Virus record (IMG/VR): IMGVR_UViG_2663762886_000007 | Strand: one strand, 5' to 3' | From: a virus | Taxonomy: Duplodnaviria; Heunggongvirae; Uroviricota; Caudoviricetes | Length of the DNA stretch: 7,312 nt | Shown here: piece by piece, positions 7,250 through 7,312 of the stretch | How positions within the stretch are numbered: position 1 is the stretch's first letter | Layout of the letters: each line of letters starts with the position of its first letter | Position numbers and translations under genes: made by a program | The notes under the pieces: generated by a model | The model's input: the letters and a program-made list of their open reading frames with translations, nothing else | What the model was told of the DNA's origin: nothing | The model's database searches: none

Positions 7250-7312
7250 TGGTGATGCTGCCAACTTACTGATTTAGTGTATGATGGTGTTTTTGAGGTG
7301 CTCCAGTGGCTT
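7250..7312 (+). other. Segment resembling the edge of a p15A-type (pACYC184) plasmid replicon fragment
   Basis: From memory, GGTGATGCTGCCAACTTACTGATTTAGTGTATGATGGTGTTTTTGAGGTGCTCCAGTGGCTT matches the sequence immediately after the cat-side junction in pACYC184, where the p15A-derived part begins. I cannot run a search, so this is recall only. Confidence 0.35.

Noticed and set aside
6502-7312. Phage attachment site, integrase or tRNA target at the right end of the window
   Set aside because: No integrase ORF and no tRNA-like sequence are visible; in lambda-like genomes the attachment site lies far from tfa. Nothing in the sequence supports this.

Overview
This window reads as the tail-fibre end of a lambda-like (lambdoid) phage or prophage late region, all on the + strand: lom 3' end, terminator, stf (side tail fibre), tfa (tail fibre assembly), then an AT-rich tract with no long ORF. 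The striking feature is that the module [lom 3' end - terminator - first ~1 kb of stf] occurs three times in direct tandem (units starting at 1, 1471 and 2727). Only the third stf copy continues into a full-length gene (2837..5920, 1027 aa), which is followed by a 1-nt-overlapping tfa (5920..6501). The first two stf copies break at the identical stf nucleotide and are joined to lom 3' sequence at two different lom positions; one junction is out of frame, the other is an in-frame Stf-Lom fusion later frameshifted by an 83-bp deletion between CTGGCG direct repeats. The three copies are mosaic with respect to one another, so this is not a single recent duplication. I see no CRISPR array, tRNA/rRNA, reverse transcriptase, invertase or integrase in the window. 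The array is either a real rearranged tail-fibre locus or a mis-assembly of reads from several related prophages, and the sequence alone cannot distinguish these. The final 63 bp resemble, from memory, the edge of the p15A/pACYC184 replicon fragment; this needs a database search. Gene identities (Lom, Stf, Tfa) rest on my recognition of the translated proteins, not on any search I could run.
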